Shown here one piece after another: positions 19,074-30,492 of a stretch of 64,000 bases of DNA. This stretch comes from a bacterium (GTDB lineage Bacteria > UBA8248 > JACPRG01 > G963555815): the NCBI GenBank assembly GCA_965218795.1, contig OZ244653.1, positions 4,288,001-4,352,000 of the forward strand. Reading direction: 5' to 3'. The notes beneath the pieces are model-generated. The model had not been told where the DNA came from, ran no database searches, and was given only the letters and a program-made list of their open reading frames with translations. The first letter of the stretch is position 1. Each line of letters starts with the position of its first letter. Both the position numbers and the translations under genes were made by a program.

Positions 19074-21368
19074 CTAGAAGGTTCTCCCGATGCCGAAATG
19101 GAATTCACTGCGCGACTCATCGTCCCGTTTGTCGAGTTTCACGCCCCAGTCCAACGAAATGGGACCCAACGGGGAGAGAATCCGAAGCCCCGCGCCCGCG
19201 CTGGAACGCAACTCGCCCAAATCATATAGATTGCGGTCTTCCTTCAGGTAAACCTGGCCGGCATCGAAGAAAATGACCGCCCGCAATCCCGCGATGAACG
19301 GGAAGTGGACCTCGGCATTGAAAAGCAGGGACGCCTCGCCGCCGATCGGGTCTTCGTTGGCGTCTTGAGGCCCGATTTCTCGGAAAGCAAAGCCTCGAAC
19401 GGTCCGCGCCCCACCCATATAAGCCCGCTCGAACACAGGCAACTCCTTTCCGCCATAGCCGTCGGCCCAGGTCATCCGTCCCCGTCCCATCAGGATGACT
19501 CGTTTGTTGAAGAAGGGGTAATAATGCCTGTGTTCCGCCCCGATGGAGTAAAAGTCATTCTCCCCCCCCAGGATCCCGCCGGCGACACGGCTGGTGAGCC
19601 GGCTCAACCCGCCCTTGCTGGGCCGGAGGCGGTCATCCAGATTGTCACGTGTCAGTGTAGGAATAATGCTGCTTGTGGTGGATCGGCCTTTCTGTTTTTT
19701 GACGAAGGAAGTCGCCGTGTCCTTCACCTTAAACACGGTGTTCTCTTCGTACTGATACATCACACGGCCGATCAGTCTCTCGGCCAGGATGCGGCCGGTC
19801 CCGATGTTTCCGCCCTTCCTGTCGCGCTCAAAGGTGTCAAATTCGTCGTTTTGGAAGAAAACAGCGCTGCTCAGAGAAAAGTTGGTATCCAGAAAATAAG
19901 GTTCCAAGAAGCTGATCGTTCCCGTTGTGTCCAGGTTGGACCGTCGGATCTTCAACGAAAGTTCCTGCCCACGCCCAAAGAGGTTGTTCTCGCGGACTTC
20001 GCCGAAGAGAAGGAACCCCGACCGGTTGCTGAAACCGGTGCCGCCGCTGATCACGCCGGTCGGCCTCTCTTTCAGATCGATTTCGACATCCAGCAGGTCG
20101 GGTTTCTCACCTCGTTTGGTTTCTATCTTCACGTCTTCGAAGAAGCCGAGGCGTCGCAGCCGACGCCGCGTCAGCTTGAGTTTCTCGCCGTCGAAGAGAG
20201 AGCCCTCCAACAGCGCAACCTGGCGCCGGATGACCTTGTCTCGGGTGAAATCGTTGCCCTTGATGATGATCCGACCGATGAAGGCGCGGCGCCCCTTCTG
20301 CGGCGTGATCTTCAGATCGACGATCTGCTTGTCATCGTTGATATTGGTTTGCGGAATGATGTCCGCGAAGGCGTGACCCTTTTGCGCGTAAGATTCGGTG
20401 ATTCTGACGATGTCCGAGTTCAGCCGGGACCGGTTGTAGACATCCCCCTTCTTGAGATTGATGTGCTTGCGTAGATCGGCGGCGGTGAATACGTTGTCTC
20501 CTTCCACCTCCACCTTGCCCACACGGTATTGCTTGCCCTCGATAACGGGGATGACGAGGGACAGGGTGTTATCCTCCCGGTTCTCGGTAATTTTCGGCTC
20601 ATTCACTTCGCCCCTGATGTAGCCGTTGTTCTGGTAGAAGATCTGGATCCGTACGAGATCGGTCCGGATTTGATCCTCTTTATAGATGTCTCCCCCCGTG
20701 AGCCAGGAAAATATCCACTTCTGTTGGGTCTGCATGATCTTCCGAAGCGCTTTGTCGGAGAAGGCCTGATTTCCTTCGAAAGAGATTTTTCGAATGCTGA
20801 CTTTCTTCCCTTCGGTAATTCGAAATTCCACATTGACCTGATTGGCGCCCGCCTCCTCCACGATCGAATCCACACGGGCGAAGTAATATCCTTCTTCCTG
20901 ATAAAGGGAGCGGACCGCCTCCACGCTCTCCCGAACCGTTCCCTGGCTCAGGATGGATTGCGCGGTGACAGTGATCTTCTCAAGGATGTCCTCCTGATCG
21001 ACCTTCTTGTTCCCCACGACCCGGACGTTGGAGACCGACGGCTTCTCCTCCACCATGAAGATGACGCGCAGACCCCCCTCAAAGGGGCTCACGTCCACCT
21101 TGACGTCACGAAAGAACCCCAGGTCGTAGATTTTCTTGATGTCTCTGCGGAGCTTGGAAACGGAGAAGCGATCGCCTGCGCGGGTCGCGATATAGAAGCG
21201 GATGGTGCTTTCTTCGACCCGACGGTTGCCGCGGACTTCAATGGACTTGACCGGAAGGGGAGGGGTCTGAGCGGCCGCCCCGTCGGGCCAAAGAAGGAAA
21301 TAAACCATCAGGACCCATCCGATGCTCCACCGGATTGTGGAAACAGGATTGTGAAGACTTGCGTTCAA
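19074..21368 (-). CDS. bamA: Outer membrane protein assembly factor BamA
   Basis: POTRA repeats (GN motifs), VRGF motif and C-terminal Phe. Confidence 0.95.
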   Translation of the reverse strand: MNASLHNPVSTIRWSIGWVLMVYFLLWPDGAAAQTPPLPVKSIEVRGNRRVEESTIRFYIATRAGDRFSVSKLRRDIKKIYDLGFFRDVKVDVSPFEGGLRVIFMVEEKPSVSNVRVVGNKKVDQEDILEKITVTAQSILSQGTVRESVEAVRSLYQEEGYYFARVDSIVEEAGANQVNVEFRITEGKKVSIRKISFEGNQAFSDKALRKIMQTQQKWIFSWLTGGDIYKEDQIRTDLVRIQIFYQNNGYIRGEVNEPKITENREDNTLSLVIPVIEGKQYRVGKVEVEGDNVFTAADLRKHINLKKGDVYNRSRLNSDIVRITESYAQKGHAFADIIPQTNINDDKQIVDLKITPQKGRRAFIGRIIIKGNDFTRDKVIRRQVALLEGSLFDGEKLKLTRRRLRRLGFFEDVKIETKRGEKPDLLDVEIDLKERPTGVISGGTGFSNRSGFLLFGEVRENNLFGRGQELSLKIRRSNLDTTGTISFLEPYFLDTNFSLSSAVFFQNDEFDTFERDRKGGNIGTGRILAERLIGRVMYQYEENTVFKVKDTATSFVKKQKGRSTTSSIIPTLTRDNLDDRLRPSKGGLSRLTSRVAGGILGGENDFYSIGAEHRHYYPFFNKRVILMGRGRMTWADGYGGKELPVFERAYMGGARTVRGFAFREIGPQDANEDPIGGEASLLFNAEVHFPFIAGLRAVIFFDAGQVYLKEDRNLYDLGELRSSAGAGLRILSPLGPISLDWGVKLDKRDDESRSEFHFGIGRTF

Positions 21369-21473
21369 AAACGATAGGTCCTTACGTTTTCCTGAGTATC
21401 ACGGGTACAATCCGTCAGCCCACGAGAATTTTGATGCTCGACGATGTGCTCCTATCGTCAAACAGAATACGCA

Positions 21474-21518
21474 AAGAATCCCCCCATCCAGGGTGCATCC
21501 CGGTAGGGGGGGCTTTCC
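21474..21518 (-). terminator. Possible intrinsic terminator hairpin between clpC and bamA
   Basis: Imperfect GC-rich stem (C-run/G-run arms) followed on the minus strand by ATTCTTT. Confidence 0.4.
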
Positions 21519-21551
21519 TTCGGCACTGCATATGGGCGTGCGGCGCAACCC

Positions 21552-24002
21552 CTAGGCTTCCTGTAAGCCGCTGACGACCAGTTCTTTCTCTTCGAAGACG
21601 AACGAATCGTTTTCCAGTTTCACCCGAATGTGACCAGCCTCCACGAAACGTCCCTTCAAAACCTCTTCGGACAACGGATCCTCGATGTTGCTTTGAATGG
21701 TCCGCTTGAGTTCCCGCGCACCGAACTTCGGGTCATAGCCGAGAGCGGCCAGCCTTTCCTTCGCCTCGTTCTCCAGCTCGATGGTGAATCCCCGCTCAAT
21801 CAACTGTTTGTTCAGCCGGTCCACCATCAGATCGACGATTTGCAGGATATGATCGCGCGAGAGCGGATGGAAAATGACCTCCGAGTCCAGGCGGTTCAGG
21901 AATTCCGGGTTAAAGGTCCGCCGCGTTTCGGTACGCATGACGCCCTTGAGACGTTCGGTCCTCGCCTCCGAGTCGCCCTCCTCCTCCTTGTGGAAGCCCA
22001 TAGAGGTCGCACGTTCGATGTCCCGACTGCTCAGGTTGGATGTCATCACCAGGACCACGTTTCGGAAGTCCACATGACGGCCGAAACTGTCGGTGAGCTG
22101 CCCCTCGTCCATCACCTGCAGCATGAGATGGAAAACGTCGGGGTGAGCCTTTTCGATCTCATCCAAAAGGACGACGGCGTAAGGTCGCCGGCGGACCCGC
22201 TCGGTCAGCTGACCTCCTTCCTCATACCCTACATATCCGGGAGGCGCTCCCGTCAGGCGGGAGATATTGAATCGCTCCATATATTCGGACATGTCCACGC
22301 GGATCAAGGCCTGATCGTCGCCGAAGAGAAATTCGGCCAAGGCCCGGCAAACCTCCGTTTTCCCCACCCCGGTCGGGCCGAGGAGGAGGAATGAACCAAT
22401 GGGCCGTTTGGGGGATTTCAGACCGGCCCGTGAACGCCGAATGGCCTTGGTGATGACCGAAATGGCCTCGTCCTGGCCGACGATGCGCTTGTGCAGCTCT
22501 TCCTCCATCCGAAGCAACCGCGCGCTTTCGCCTTCTTCGATCTTGGAGAGCGGTATCCCGGTCATCCGAGAGACCACAAAGGCCACATCCTCATCGTCGA
22601 CAACCGTTTCGTCATCCGTCTGCGATTGCTCCCAGGCCTGCTTTTGCTCGTTGAGCTGTTCGCGGATTTCTTCCTCCATGTCGCGGAGCTTGACGGCGTC
22701 TTCAAAGTTTTGCTCTTCAATGTGCGCACGCTTCTCGCGAACCACTTCTTCCACCCGGCGCTGGAGGTCGCGGACATCCCTCGGATAGGTGACCTTCGCG
22801 AGGCGGACCCGGGAGCCTGCTTCGTCGAGAACGTCGATGGCCTTGTCGGGCAGGTAGCGGTCGGAGATATACCGGTCCGACAGCCGGACCGACTCGACGA
22901 TGGCCTTTTCCGTGAACTTGGCCCGATGGTGGTGTTCGTATTTATGCTTGAGGCCCCGAAGGATCAGGATGGTTTCGTCCACGGTCGGCGGGTTCACCGT
23001 GATGGGCTGGAAACGTCGTTCCAGGGCTCCGTTCTTCTCGATGTATTTCCGGTACTCGTCCAGGGTGGTCGCCCCGATGCACTGAAGCTCACCGCGGGAC
23101 AGGGCGGGCTTGAGCATATTCGAGGCGTCGATGGACCCTTCGGCCGCCCCCGCGCCCACGAGGGTATGGAGCTCGTCGATAAAGATGATGACGTTTTCCG
23201 ACTGGGTGATCTCCTTCATGATGGCCTTCAGTCGCGCCTCGAACTGTCCCCGGTACTTCGTTCCGGCGACCAACGCGCCCAGGTCGAGAGAGACAACCCG
23301 CTTGTCATACAGCACTTGGGGAACTTCATGCGCGACGATGCGTTGCGCCAGCCCCTCGACAATCGCCGTCTTCCCCACGCCCGGTTCCCCGATCAGGACC
23401 GGGTTGTTCTTGGTCCGCCGGCTGAGGATCTGGATGACCCGATCGATCTCGCTGTCGCGTCCGATGACGGGATCCAGCTTGTCTTCAAAGGCCAGATCCG
23501 TCAGATCCCGCCCGAACTCATCGAGCGACGGGGTCTTGCTCTTTTCTTTGGGCCGACGGGAGGTCGGCTCGCGCAACAGGTTCAGCGTCTGCTCCCGGGT
23601 TTGCTGGAGCTTGATGCCGAGGTTGGACAGGATCTTGGCGGCCAAGCCGTCCTTCTCCCGGATCAGTCCCAGCAGGAGGTGCTCGGTGCCGATGTAGTTA
23701 TGGCCCATCAACCGCGCCTCTTCCACGGCGTATTCGAGAACCTTCTTGGCTTTCGGAGTGAAGGGAATATCGCCTTCGACCGAACTGGTCAGGCTCTTGG
23801 GCAGATTTCGTTCCACTTCCATGCGGATCTGCTTGTTGTCCTGACCAATCTTTTGAAGCACGGCAATGGCGATGCCGCCCCCATCCTTCAGGATTCCCAG
23901 CAGGATGTGCTCCGTTCCGAGGTATTCATGATGATAGCGTTCGGCTTCCTCTCGGGCGAGAATGATGACTTTTCGAGCGCGTTCAGTAAACCGTTTAAAC
24001 AT
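21552..24002 (-). CDS. clpC: ATP-dependent Clp protease ATPase subunit ClpC
   Basis: Clp-N repeats, two AAA+ modules ([16 protein letters not shown]), short UVR-type middle domain and MGF ClpP-binding loop. Confidence 0.93.
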   Translation of the reverse strand: MFKRFTERARKVIILAREEAERYHHEYLGTEHILLGILKDGGGIAIAVLQKIGQDNKQIRMEVERNLPKSLTSSVEGDIPFTPKAKKVLEYAVEEARLMGHNYIGTEHLLLGLIREKDGLAAKILSNLGIKLQQTREQTLNLLREPTSRRPKEKSKTPSLDEFGRDLTDLAFEDKLDPVIGRDSEIDRVIQILSRRTKNNPVLIGEPGVGKTAIVEGLAQRIVAHEVPQVLYDKRVVSLDLGALVAGTKYRGQFEARLKAIMKEITQSENVIIFIDELHTLVGAGAAEGSIDASNMLKPALSRGELQCIGATTLDEYRKYIEKNGALERRFQPITVNPPTVDETILILRGLKHKYEHHHRAKFTEKAIVESVRLSDRYISDRYLPDKAIDVLDEAGSRVRLAKVTYPRDVRDLQRRVEEVVREKRAHIEEQNFEDAVKLRDMEEEIREQLNEQKQAWEQSQTDDETVVDDEDVAFVVSRMTGIPLSKIEEGESARLLRMEEELHKRIVGQDEAISVITKAIRRSRAGLKSPKRPIGSFLLLGPTGVGKTEVCRALAEFLFGDDQALIRVDMSEYMERFNISRLTGAPPGYVGYEEGGQLTERVRRRPYAVVLLDEIEKAHPDVFHLMLQVMDEGQLTDSFGRHVDFRNVVLVMTSNLSSRDIERATSMGFHKEEEGDSEARTERLKGVMRTETRRTFNPEFLNRLDSEVIFHPLSRDHILQIVDLMVDRLNKQLIERGFTIELENEAKERLAALGYDPKFGARELKRTIQSNIEDPLSEEVLKGRFVEAGHIRVKLENDSFVFEEKELVVSGLQEA

Positions 24003-24022
24003 GCGATAAGCCCTCGCTCAGG

Positions 24023-24724
24023 TTACCCTTCCATACGCCCTTCGGAGATGCGCAGCACGCGCCCCAGTCGGCGCGCGAAGCGATCATTATGGGTTGCGAC
24101 CAAAAAACTTGCTCCCAGTTCTTTATTGATCCGGTCAAGAAGCTCATGAATTTCTTCGCCCGTCCGTTCATCCAGGTTTCCGGTGGGTTCATCCGCCAAA
24201 ATGACATCCGGCTGATTCACAAGAGCTCGCGCAACGGCCACCCGCTGCTGTTCACCGCCGGACAATTCGCCCGGCTTGTGATTCAATCTGTCGCCGAGCC
24301 CCACTTTCTGCAACAAGTCAGCCGTTCGGTTGCGGGCCTCCGCCTTCAGAGCTCCCCCGACGAGGGCCGGCATCATCGCGTTTTCAAGGGCCGTGAACTC
24401 GGCGAGCAAGTGATGAAACTGGAAGACAAAACCGACGGTTTGGCTCCGCAGTCTCGCCAAGGACGCCTTATCCAGCGCATAGACATCCCTCTCGCCGTAC
24501 TTTACCCGGCCTCCGGTCGGCCGGTCAAGCCCTCCAAGTACCTGAAGAAGCGTGGTTTTCCCCACGCCCGACGCACCCATGATTCCGACCATCTCACCCG
24601 GGTGGATTTTCAGGTCAATTCCTCGAAGGACCGAGATGGTCTTTTGACCGCTTCGAAAGTCCTTTCGCAGCTCTTCCGCCGACAACACGGGCGGTTCCTC
24701 AGTACCTCGAAGCCCCTCATTCAT
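24023..24724 (-). CDS. lolD: Lipoprotein-releasing ABC ATPase LolD
   Basis: GASGVGKT, GFVFQFHHLL, LSGGEQQR and DEPTGNLD motifs. Confidence 0.92.
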   Translation of the reverse strand: MNEGLRGTEEPPVLSAEELRKDFRSGQKTISVLRGIDLKIHPGEMVGIMGASGVGKTTLLQVLGGLDRPTGGRVKYGERDVYALDKASLARLRSQTVGFVFQFHHLLAEFTALENAMMPALVGGALKAEARNRTADLLQKVGLGDRLNHKPGELSGGEQQRVAVARALVNQPDVILADEPTGNLDERTGEEIHELLDRINKELGASFLVATHNDRFARRLGRVLRISEGRMEG

Positions 24725-25982
24725 ACCGCAGGGTCTCTGCCGGGTCAACCCGCGATGCTTTCCAGGCGGGATACAGGGTTGCCAAAGAACAAAGGGCGAA
24801 TGCGATTCCCACAATCAGGGCCACATCTCCACTTTGCACGTCGACGGGAAGTCGATCGATAAGATAGACGCTGCCCTGGAAAATTTCAAGGTCAAACGAG
24901 CTTTCCAACCACTCCGCAATGTCCGGTAAGGTCAGGGCCAGAGCGATTCCTCCCACCATTCCCAGGATGGTTCCCACCGCACCGACGATCATGCCCTCCA
25001 CCATGAAAATTTTGAGAACGCTGCCGTCTGTGGCCCCCATGGATTTGAGGATCGCAATGTCCCGCGCTTTTTCTTTCACCACCATGACCAGGGTAGCGAT
25101 AATGCTGAACGTGGCGACCAGGGTGATGAGCACCAGGATGATGAACATAACGGCTTTTTCCGTCCGCAACGCGGCAAACAGGCTGGCGTGCATCTGCATC
25201 CAGTCGCGGGTCCAGAACGGAAGACCCAGACGCTTCCGAATCCTGTCCGATACCCTTCTCGCCTCATAAAGCTCGTCGACCCGGACCTCGATGGCCGAAG
25301 CCGTATCCCCCATCTCAAAAAACTTCTGAGCCTGATGAATCGAGATCAAAGCCAGGCCGTTGTCGTAGAGGTAATAGCCGGAATCGAAGATCCCGGCGAC
25401 CCGGAACCTCCGGGCTTTGGGAATCAGCCCTGCAGCCGTCATCCGGCCCATCGGCGAAACCACCAACACCTCGCTTCCGAATTGAAGGGCCAGAGACCGT
25501 GCCAGGTGGCGTCCAAGGATGATGGCGGGCTGGCGCGTCTGATTGGGTCCGGGATAAGTCTTGTTCAGGTCTTGCAGGCTGCCCTGGGTCAAACGCAGCG
25601 AGAGATCCGTCACCTTCGGTTCCAAGGCGGGGTCCACGCCCCTGAGCACGACGCCCGTTACGTTGTCTCCCGAGCGCAACAGTACCTGATTGACCACATA
25701 GGGGGCCGCGGAGGTCACCCCCTTCACCCGGCTCACTTGGGAGGCAACCTTCCGGTAATCGCGGATCGGGCCTTGGAACCTTTGAATCAGGATATGCGCC
25801 TGCCCGCTCAGAATTTTGTCCTGAAGGGAGTGCTGAAATCCTGTCATGACCCCGAGCACGCAAATCAGCGTGGCGACGCCCAGCATGACGCCAAGCGCTG
25901 AAATCCAGGTTCCGACCGAGATCAGGCGGCTCGTCCGCTTCGATCGAAGGTAGCGAAGGCCGACCCAAAGCTCATACCCCAA
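24717..25982 (-). CDS. Lipoprotein-releasing ABC permease (single LolC/E-type subunit)
   Basis: LRYLRSKR, GVMLGVA, IAILKSMGA and PAETLRYE motifs. Confidence 0.9.
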   Translation of the reverse strand: MGYELWVGLRYLRSKRTSRLISVGTWISALGVMLGVATLICVLGVMTGFQHSLQDKILSGQAHILIQRFQGPIRDYRKVASQVSRVKGVTSAAPYVVNQVLLRSGDNVTGVVLRGVDPALEPKVTDLSLRLTQGSLQDLNKTYPGPNQTRQPAIILGRHLARSLALQFGSEVLVVSPMGRMTAAGLIPKARRFRVAGIFDSGYYLYDNGLALISIHQAQKFFEMGDTASAIEVRVDELYEARRVSDRIRKRLGLPFWTRDWMQMHASLFAALRTEKAVMFIILVLITLVATFSIIATLVMVVKEKARDIAILKSMGATDGSVLKIFMVEGMIVGAVGTILGMVGGIALALTLPDIAEWLESSFDLEIFQGSVYLIDRLPVDVQSGDVALIVGIAFALCSLATLYPAWKASRVDPAETLRYE

Positions 25983-27543
25983 GGGGATTCTCTCCGGATT
26001 CGGTTCCCTCCGACGCCCCGCTCTCGGATTCCCCGGCCTGCGGGTCTGCCTCCGGTTCTTCGTCGAATATTTCCCGGCGGAGTTGGGGAAAGAGGATCAC
26101 ATCACGGATGGACGGCTGGCGGGTCAGCAGCATAACCAGCCGGTCGATGCCGATCCCGCACCCGGCCGTTGGGGGCATGCCGTATTCCAGGGCGCGAAGG
26201 TAATCGTAATCCATCATCTGGGCCTCTTCGTCTCCCATCTCGCGCTGTCGAACCTGATCCTCGAAAAGCTTCCGCTGGACATCGGGATCATTGAGCTCGG
26301 AGTATGCGTTGCCGATTTCCCGCCCACCGATAAAGAGCTCGAAGCGCTCGGCGATCTCCGGATCGTCCTCGCGCTGCTTGGCCAGCGGAGAAACGTCTCG
26401 AGGATAATCGAAGAGAAAGGTCGGCTGGACCAGTTCCGGCTCCACCGCGAATTCGAGGATCTTGTTGAGGACCTTGCCGTATCCGTGGTGGTGTGAGACG
26501 TCGATGTCCTTCTTGTCCGCCCAGGCGCGAGCCGAGGATTCATCGGCCAGGTCGGTATCCGTCATGCCCGCCCCATGAAGGGCCTCCCGGAGTGTCAGCC
26601 GCCGCCAGGGCGGCGACAGGTCCACCGCATGACCGTCCCACTCCACCTTCCGCGCGCCCAGAATCTCATCCGTCACAGCGACGAGAATCGTCTCCACCAA
26701 GTCCATCATGTCGGAATAGTCGGCGTAGGCCATATAAAATTCGAGCATGGTGAACTCGGGATTGTGCTCGGTTGAGATCCCCTCGTTGCGGAAATTACGG
26801 TTGATCTCGAACACCCGGTCGATTCCGCCCACCACCAGGCGCTTGAGATAGAGTTCCGGCGCCACCCGCAGGTAGAGGGTCATGTCCAGGGCGTTGTGCC
26901 GGGTGACGAAAGGCCGCGCCGTTGCGCCCCCTACGATGGGCTGCATCATGGGCGTTTCCACTTCGACGAAACCTCTTTGGGTGAGCTGCTCGCGAAGGCT
27001 CTGAATGATCAGGGAGCGCCACCGAAAGACCTCGCGGACTTCGGGATTCATCAGCAGGTCGACGTACCGCTGCCGATACCGGGTTTCGACATCCTGGAGA
27101 CCATGCCATTTTTCAGGCAGCGGCCGTAAGGACTTGGTCAGCAGTGATACTTCATCGGCGGCGATGGAAAGCTCGCCGCGGCGGGTCTTGGTGATCGTAC
27201 CGCGAATGCCGACGAAATCCCCGATATCCAGGGATTGCAGGAATTCGTAACCCTCCTCCCCGAGGTGGTTCTTCTCGGCCAAGAGCTGGATCTTCGCCGT
27301 CCCGTCGCGGATATCACAGAAGGTCAGCTTGCCCTGTTTTCGTTTCGCCATCAGCCGGCCGCCCAGCGTGCGGACCCGGGGTTCGGAATCCAGGGCCTCC
27401 CGTTCCAGATCCCCGAAGGTCTCCACCACGTCCCCGATCCGGTCCGTGACGACGAACCGGTTAACGAAGGGATTGATTCCATCCCGGCGGAGTTGTTCGA
27501 GTTTCTGGCGACGCTGCGCCCGAAGCGGATGGGCTTCATCCAT
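25972..27543 (-). CDS. lysS: Lysine--tRNA ligase (class II)
   Basis: PEKWHGL, RYRQRY, FRNEG and YGMPPTAGCGIGIDRL motifs. Confidence 0.97.
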   Translation of the reverse strand: MDEAHPLRAQRRQKLEQLRRDGINPFVNRFVVTDRIGDVVETFGDLEREALDSEPRVRTLGGRLMAKRKQGKLTFCDIRDGTAKIQLLAEKNHLGEEGYEFLQSLDIGDFVGIRGTITKTRRGELSIAADEVSLLTKSLRPLPEKWHGLQDVETRYRQRYVDLLMNPEVREVFRWRSLIIQSLREQLTQRGFVEVETPMMQPIVGGATARPFVTRHNALDMTLYLRVAPELYLKRLVVGGIDRVFEINRNFRNEGISTEHNPEFTMLEFYMAYADYSDMMDLVETILVAVTDEILGARKVEWDGHAVDLSPPWRRLTLREALHGAGMTDTDLADESSARAWADKKDIDVSHHHGYGKVLNKILEFAVEPELVQPTFLFDYPRDVSPLAKQREDDPEIAERFELFIGGREIGNAYSELNDPDVQRKLFEDQVRQREMGDEEAQMMDYDYLRALEYGMPPTAGCGIGIDRLVMLLTRQPSIRDVILFPQLRREIFDEEPEADPQAGESESGASEGTESGENPLGV

Positions 27544-27668
27544 GATGCGAATCCTTCTTGAGACTAACCTCGGTGAAAGGAGACCCGGACCGCCTCAAGA
27601 TCACGACGCCGGCATTCCATCCCGTATCCTTCGGCGGGGAATTCTCCGAATCGGAGCGCTCCATGATT

Positions 27669-28779
27669 TTATTCATCGCTCTCCTGATATTCCATCAGGA
27701 AGGCTTCCATGAGCTTGTCCAGGTCGCCATCCAAAACGGCGTCCACGTTGCCGACTTCGGTGTTCGTCCGGTGGTCCTTGACCATCCGGTAAGGGTGAAG
27801 GACGTAGGATCGAATCTGACTGCCGAAGGCGATTTGCTTCTTCCCGCTGTGGATCACTTCGAGCTCTTCTTCCTTTTTTTGCCGCTCCAGATCGAACAGC
27901 CTGACGCGGAGCACCTTCATCGCCATCGATTTGTTTTTGTGCTGGGACCGTTCGTTCTGACAGGAGACGACGATTCCGGAGGGGAGGTGCGTGATGCGTA
28001 CGGCCGAATCGGTGACGTTGACGTGCTGGCCGCCGGCGCCGCTGCTTCGGTAGGTGTCGATCTTCAGATCCGTTTCGTTGATATCGATTTTGATATCGTC
28101 GGAGACCTCGGGGTAGACGAACACCGAAGCGAAGGAGGTGTGCCTTCGACTGGATGCATCAAAGGGCGAGATGCGGACCAAGCGGTGAACGCCGATCTCC
28201 GAGCGAAGGTAGCCGTACGCGTAAGCGCCGTTGACCTCGAAGGTCGCGCTCTTGATACCGGCTTCCTCGGCCGTCAGCAGATCCAGGGTTTCAGACTTGA
28301 AGTTCCGGCGCTCGGCCCATCGCAGGTACATCCGCATGAGCATCTGCGCCCAGTCCTGGGATTCGGTGCCGCCCGCTCCGGCGTTGATGTGAACGATGGC
28401 GTTGCCCTCATCGTGTTCCCCGCTCAACATCAGGCGAAATTCGATTTTCACGAGGTCTTCGGCGAGGGATTCCACCTCCTTTTCGATCTCGGCTATCTCG
28501 TTGGAAGCGTCCTCTTCCTCCGCCAAGATTTCCACCAGCTCCCCCGCGTCGGTCAGACGCTGGCTGAGAGATTTCCATTCGTCGATTCCACCCGCCACCG
28601 TGGCGCGGCGTTGGAGGGACCGTTGGGCCGAATCCGGGTCGTCCCAAAATCCCTCCTGGCTGATTTGCTTGTTCAGCTTCTCGAGCTCTTGTTCTTTGGA
28701 GGCCAGGTCAAAGACGACCTCGAACGGCTTGGAGGCGGCTGGCGATGTCTTCCAGTTGGGTCTTGATCTCGACGATCAT
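27669..28779 (-). CDS. prfB: Peptide chain release factor 2 (programmed +1 frameshift)
   Basis: SPF and GGQ motifs. Upstream ORF MIVEIKTQLEDIASRLQAVRGRL (ATG 28779, GGAGG RBS) ends in CTT-TGA-C. Confidence 0.96.
28707..28721 (-). promoter_or_regulatory. prfB +1 ribosomal frameshift site
   Basis: Minus strand reads GAGGT-CGT-CTTTGAC: internal Shine-Dalgarno followed by the slippery CTT TGA. Confidence 0.93.
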
Positions 28780-28836
28780 GATGGATCCTCCAAATGAACG
28801 GCAGTTCCTGCTTTCAAAAATGATGGCCGGATGATC

Positions 28837-30492
28837 TCATCCGGTATTCGGTCGGCCACCGGTCCTCCCGTGGGTCCTCCACCTCCAGCCCAACCCCAGA
28901 AGGGTAACGGCCGCGCAGAGAAATGCGAAGATGTCCCCGTACCGTGCATAAAAAGAAAGTCCCTTCAATCCGGGGGCGCCGGGTTGGACCGCGGTCACCA
29001 CGCCGGTCCGGACAAACAGCACCGTCGCGTCCCGGATCCGTCCGGTTGCCTCGACCACCCCCGTAATTCCCGTATTCGCGGCCCGGATCAACGGAACACG
29101 ATTTTCCACCGCGCGGACGGCCGCAATGGCCATGTGCTGAAACGGCGCCGCGCTGCGGCCAAACCAGGCGTCGTTGGTGATGTTGACCAGCATACGCGCC
29201 CCGTCCCGGACGAACCGGCGCACCTCCTCCGCAAAAATCACCTCATAACAAATCAGAACGCTGAAGGGCGCCTTGGCGTGGCGAAACACTGTCAGGCGGT
29301 CCCCGGCCTCGAAGTCGCCGATGCCCGAGACCATCTTTCGGATGAACGGGAAAAACCGCTTGAGCGGAACAAACTCCCCGTACGGCACAAGATGCATCTT
29401 GTCATATCGGCCGTCCACCTTCTTTTCCGGGGTCACCTGAAAGGCGCTGTTCTGGAGACGATATTCCCGGTCGCGGACCACAGTCGAAAGGACCCCCACG
29501 AGCAAAGGGGCCTTCACGTCCGCCGATAGGTCCAGGAGCATCTGCCGGTAGGCCCTGTCCCGGAAGAAGAAGAACGGGGCCGCGGTCTCCGGCCAAACGA
29601 TCAGGTCCGGCTTCTTCCGCGCGGTTCGATAGGTCAGAGCCCGGTACACGTCGAGCGTCTTGCGTCTGAACGATTCGTCCCACTTCTGATCCTGAGGGAT
29701 GTTGCCCTGGAGCAAAGCCACCCGAACGGCCCGCTCCGGATTGTCTTCCGCGAATGAACTGAAGGTTTCGAGACGAGCGCGCCCGTACAGCAGAACCGCG
29801 GCCATGAGAACGGCGGTCCCGATGAGCGCCCAGCGGGAGAGCCGGGTGTCCGATTTCGAACCGCCGGGGAGATATCTGCGAAGGACGGCCCAGAGCGTCG
29901 CGTTCACCAGAACCACCAGAAAGCTCACACCGTAGAATCCCGTTATGTCCGAGATCTGAAGCACCGAAAGCCAGCGGTATTGCGAATACCCCAGGGAGGC
30001 CCAGGGGAAGCCCGTGAACAGATACGAGCGCCCAAGCTCCAGGGCGACCCAGAGGAACGGCGCCGCGACCCATCGAAGGCCGGCATCCTTTCGGCCAATA
30101 TGGCAGATCAGCGCGCAAAAGGCCCCGACAAAAAGACTCATGTAGGCGGCCAGCATGAGCATCACGAGCGAAGCGACAGGGATCGGCAGACCCCCGAACC
30201 GCGTCATGGTGATCGTGACCCAGGAGAGAATGCCCGCGTACCCGATCAGCCCGCATAGCTCCCCCAGCCAGAAGGCGCGCCTTGGGGAAGCGCCCTCTAT
30301 CGCCGCCAGTAGGGGGATCAGGGCGACCCAGGCGAGGGCCGTCAGGTCGAATCTGGGGAAACAGAAGATCAGGAGAATTCCGGAGAGGACGGCCGAGACG
30401 ACCCTCCGCCGCCGCCGGACACCGCGGATCAAACCGACCCGGCGGTCCTTGGAATCGGGCGCCTTGACTGCGGGGTTTGCCGATGGACTCAT
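28837..30492 (-). CDS. lnt: Apolipoprotein N-acyltransferase
   Basis: GFPW, QGNIPQ, WPETA, YDKMHLVPYGE and ICYE (E-K-C catalytic triad). Confidence 0.95.
   Translation of the reverse strand: MSPSANPAVKAPDSKDRRVGLIRGVRRRRRVVSAVLSGILLIFCFPRFDLTALAWVALIPLLAAIEGASPRRAFWLGELCGLIGYAGILSWVTITMTRFGGLPIPVASLVMLMLAAYMSLFVGAFCALICHIGRKDAGLRWVAAPFLWVALELGRSYLFTGFPWASLGYSQYRWLSVLQISDITGFYGVSFLVVLVNATLWAVLRRYLPGGSKSDTRLSRWALIGTAVLMAAVLLYGRARLETFSSFAEDNPERAVRVALLQGNIPQDQKWDESFRRKTLDVYRALTYRTARKKPDLIVWPETAAPFFFFRDRAYRQMLLDLSADVKAPLLVGVLSTVVRDREYRLQNSAFQVTPEKKVDGRYDKMHLVPYGEFVPLKRFFPFIRKMVSGIGDFEAGDRLTVFRHAKAPFSVLICYEVIFAEEVRRFVRDGARMLVNITNDAWFGRSAAPFQHMAIAAVRAVENRVPLIRAANTGITGVVEATGRIRDATVLFVRTGVVTAVQPGAPGLKGLSFYARYGDIFAFLCAAVTLLGLGWRWRTHGRTGGRPNTG

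Noticed and set aside
22491-24149. Long antisense ORFs (e.g. 22491-24149, 30477-32465, 35337-36917, 49797-51416, 27558-28766)
   Set aside because: Shadow frames of well-supported genes in high-GC DNA, with no motifs of their own.
27669-28779. prfB as a frameshifted pseudogene
   Set aside because: The break is the canonical CTT-TGA programmed frameshift with an internal SD.
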